From an uncultured Parafilimonas sp. (GTDB taxonomy: Bacteria; Bacteroidota; Bacteroidia; Chitinophagales; Chitinophagaceae), in contig CAIRZB010000114.1 of NCBI GenBank assembly GCA_903882935.1, positions 16,317 through 80,316 on the forward strand: a DNA stretch of 64,000 nt, given 5' to 3'. The notes beneath the pieces were generated by a model that was given only the letters and a program-made list of their open reading frames with translations, did not search any database and had not been told where the DNA came from. Position 1 is the stretch's first letter; each line of letters starts with the position of its first letter. This document shows positions 61,619 through 64,000 of the stretch, piece by piece. The translations under genes and the position numbers were made by a program.

Positions 61619-62536
61619 TTAAGCGCTAACTTCAAGCTTATATCCTTTGCCGCGTATAACAACGATGTTGGTATTTGGATCCAACTCCAGTTTTTTTCTA
61701 AGTTTTGATATAAACATATCCAAGCTGCGCCCCACAATAACACCTTCGTCTTCCCATATCTCTTTTTGCAGCCAGCTTCTCTCTATGGTCTCGTTGGGGC
61801 TTTGCGCAAAAATGAGCAGCAGGCGCGTTTCAGTTCCGGTCAGGTCTATGGTATTTCCATTTATTGCCAATTGTTGTTTCTTTGTATCAAATAACATCGA
61901 ACCCAAAGTTAAAATGCCGGTATTTTCCTCGGCCGGCGGTGCTGTTGCTACTGTTGCTGTTGTTGCTGCTATTCGTGGTTTGCCCGATCTAAAAAAAACA
62001 ACACCAATAAAAGCCAAAAATGACACACCGCCCAGCAAATATCCACCCTTTACGGTATTTAACCCTGCCGGTTTAAATTTAATATCTATCACATAAGGTG
62101 CTTTCGGCTGCCTTCTTCCTAAACACGCTATAATATCCTTTTTTTTGTTTTTTGATATCGCGTAGCCATACGCTACGCTGGTATTGACGCTGTTTAGCAC
62201 GTTAACCACATAATCACCTGCAAGGGGGTCTTTGTCCAACAAACGCCGGGTAGTATTAACCAGGGAGTCCGGTAAAAAAGTAAGTTCCTTTTCAAAGCTT
62301 ATTTGGTATTCATTTTCTGCTGCCTTTTTAATCGGAAGCACCCTCGATGTATTGTCGCCCGATTGTGAAAGCAGCTCATCCCCTACCTTGCGAAGTAGCA
62401 CTTCCCTTCTGGCCATATCAAAGTCGTCATCGCTCCCCGTGCTGAAAGCCACTAAGATTACCGAGATACCCACGAGTAATACCAACCCGAACAGGTATTT
62501 GCGCTTACCAAGAAGTAAATTTCGGCTGTAAAACAT
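61619..62536 (-). CDS. membrane-anchored transcriptional regulator with C-terminal OmpR/PhoB-type winged-helix (Trans_reg_C) domain
   Basis: The C-terminal segment LTGTETRLLLIFAQSPNETIERSWLQKEIW...VVIRGKGYKL is the DNA-binding domain. It is preceded by two hydrophobic TM segments. Confidence 0.65.
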   Translation of the reverse strand: MFYSRNLLLGKRKYLFGLVLLVGISVILVAFSTGSDDDFDMARREVLLRKVGDELLSQSGDNTSRVLPIKKAAENEYQISFEKELTFLPDSLVNTTRRLLDKDPLAGDYVVNVLNSVNTSVAYGYAISKNKKKDIIACLGRRQPKAPYVIDIKFKPAGLNTVKGGYLLGGVSFLAFIGVVFFRSGKPRIAATTATVATAPPAEENTGILTLGSMLFDTKKQQLAINGNTIDLTGTETRLLLIFAQSPNETIERSWLQKEIWEDEGVIVGRSLDMFISKLRKKLELDPNTNIVVIRGKGYKLEVSA

Positions 62537-62719
62537 GCCATTTACAATTTATTTATAAAGGTTACATGCTTATTTACAATCCAGATACCCGAGGCTGAAA
62601 TATATCAAAGTATTTTTGTTGCATCAATTTTGATAGGAGCTGAAACCATCATGATTTTGTGAAACCTGCGGGGCAAGTCATAATGGCTTCATCACCACTA
62701 AAAAGCAAAAAATAAACAA

Positions 62720-63349
62720 ATGAAAAATAAAAGAAACATTTTGGCCTGCGTTATTATGCTGTTAATAGGCGTAATTTATTTTGCTGTACAGGCCCAGCAA
62801 AAAAATGGCACCCATCGCGCTACCTTTTCTGGCAAATGGAAGGCCAAAGAGTCCATCAGTATGGGCGGAAATATTGTTTGCTCATATGCCGCGAGTGATC
62901 GCATGCTCTCTAAAACAATGAAAATAGCGGAGCAGGCAGGTTTTATAACCATAGAAACACCAAATTACGAGGGTATTCGTATGCAAGAGCAGGCAGATTT
63001 TATAACCAAAGAAATACCAGCCACACTTCCTGACACAGCACAGGTTACAAGCCAAGAGAAACTGTCCTTCGACGGTAAAGAAAGCCAAATTGATTATGGC
63101 CGGGGAAGAGGAAAGAAGTTTACCGTACAGTTGTCAGCTGATAGACAAACGATGACTGTTAACTCAATTGTACACCTTATGGTTGCCACCCCTTACCATG
63201 TAAATGTTCTTAAACAAGCATTTTGTTACGTAACAGAGGTTTGGACGTTGAGCAATGATGGCCAGTCTATTTCTGTTCAGGCCAAGGCAAAATCAAACTT
63301 ATTCGGCGAAGAGCGTTCCTGGAAGACCGTATTTGATAAGGTCAATTAG
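62720..63349 (+). CDS. hypothetical secreted protein with internal EQAGFITIE/EQADFITKE duplication
   Basis: Has a signal peptide. Length is 209 aa. Confidence 0.5.
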   Translation: MKNKRNILACVIMLLIGVIYFAVQAQQKNGTHRATFSGKWKAKESISMGGNIVCSYAASDRMLSKTMKIAEQAGFITIETPNYEGIRMQEQADFITKEIPATLPDTAQVTSQEKLSFDGKESQIDYGRGRGKKFTVQLSADRQTMTVNSIVHLMVATPYHVNVLKQAFCYVTEVWTLSNDGQSISVQAKAKSNLFGEERSWKTVFDKVN

Positions 63350-63568
63350 CATTAAAAGGTTTTTTGTACAAGCTGAATTAGTTGGGGGCCAAAAAGCGTG
63401 ATGGCAATTTAGGCCCACGCCATCCTTAGCCTGTAACTGCGAACTTTGCAATACCAAGGCCGTCTTATACCGGGAAATTTTTTTACACATCATTACGCAG
63501 GCCTACAATAGAGGAAAAATCGCGTCCCCCCCGTTGTTCAAGATGTTCACTTGCGGCATTTTGAAATT

Positions 63569-63605
63569 TTGGTGAAACCCCTTCCGTGAAGGGCTTTGAA
63601 AAACC
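63569..63605. repeat. 35-nt conserved intergenic element, copy 2
   Basis: TTGGTGAAACCCCTTCCGTGAAGGGCTTTGAAAAACC. It contains the hairpin CCCTTCcgtGAAGGG. Confidence 0.7.
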
Positions 63606-63915
63606 AAGGCTGAAAAGACAGCCCCCAACGCGCAATCTCTCGAAAATGCGAGGCTAACGGCGCGGCTTCAGCTAAACTCGTTAGAAAAGTTTGATAAATT
63701 CCCAGCAAAACATGGCTTTTTATTCCGCCCCAATCGGCCAAGCCATAAGGAGAGCAGTACCCAGCTTTTCATTTTCAATTATGCGGTAATGAGAATGCGG
63801 AATAAACGCTTGTGTATAACAAGCCTTATCAGTTTTAAACAATCCTTTTTCAAATGCTTCTTTAGGAATTAGCACTTAGGTCGCACTTTAAAATTAGAAG
63901 ATTTATATTTGCGAC

Positions 63916-64000
63916 ATGGATATGTTGGATAAATTCAAAGGCGTGAATTCTATAAATTTTCATAAGCGGTTTACGGATGACGATTCTTGCTTGGAATATC
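63916..64000 (+). mobile_element. IS1595-family transposase, N-terminal zinc-ribbon region (3' truncated by window end)
   Basis: Translation MDMLDKFKGVNSINFHKRFTDDDSCLEY matches the F.KRF...C.EYL start of IS1595-type transposases. A TATATTTG -7 box lies at 63904-63911. Confidence 0.55.

Noticed and set aside
63547-63741. A 64-aa minus-strand ORF
   Set aside because: It overlaps repeat copy 2 in intergenic DNA and has no coding signal.
1-64000. A scan for CRISPR arrays, rRNA, integrases, reverse transcriptases and phage structural genes
   Set aside because: No regularly spaced direct repeats, no YADD/integrase motifs and no rRNA-like sequence were seen. The only tRNA is Leu-CAA.

Overview
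This 64 kb window looks like Bacteroidota chromosome. gldJ, porV, T9SS C-terminal sorting domains, bshA and 'TAnnTTTG' -7 promoter boxes point to a gliding Chitinophagia/Sphingobacteriia-type organism. Coding density is high, with roughly 65 genes on both strands.

The housekeeping backbone includes sucA and sucB, nadC, mnmA, dut, ispF, rpsT, holB, ricT and tRNA-Leu(CAA). Envelope and secretion genes include porV, gldJ, an M23/EnvC-like peptidase, DUF4292, and T9SS cargo proteins, one of them an S8 peptidase. There are many peptidases (M28, M14, S8, a retropepsin-like protease, GH20, a GH30-like hydrolase). Signalling genes include an OmpR-type two-component pair and a roughly 1040-aa CheB-CheR-PAS-histidine kinase fusion.

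Small AT-rich accessory cassettes are interspersed:
- At least four toxin-antitoxin-like modules: a decayed RelE/ParE-family toxin with its antitoxin, an MNT/HEPN pair sitting between sucA and sucB, a ParE-like pair, and a VapBC pair.
- A class II Fic protein with an AT-rich C-terminal extension, tightly coupled to a SUI1/YciH gene.
- An ORF6N/KilA-N gene.
- A two-gene low-GC cassette beside a flotillin gene.
- A terminal island with tandem paralogous secreted proteins, a membrane-anchored winged-helix regulator, a conserved 35-nt intergenic repeat and an IS1595-type transposase start.

Two accessory genes carry in-frame stop codons. No CRISPR array, rRNA, reverse transcriptase or obvious phage structural genes were seen.

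All calls are from reading the translated ORFs and the nucleotide sequence. No database search was run.
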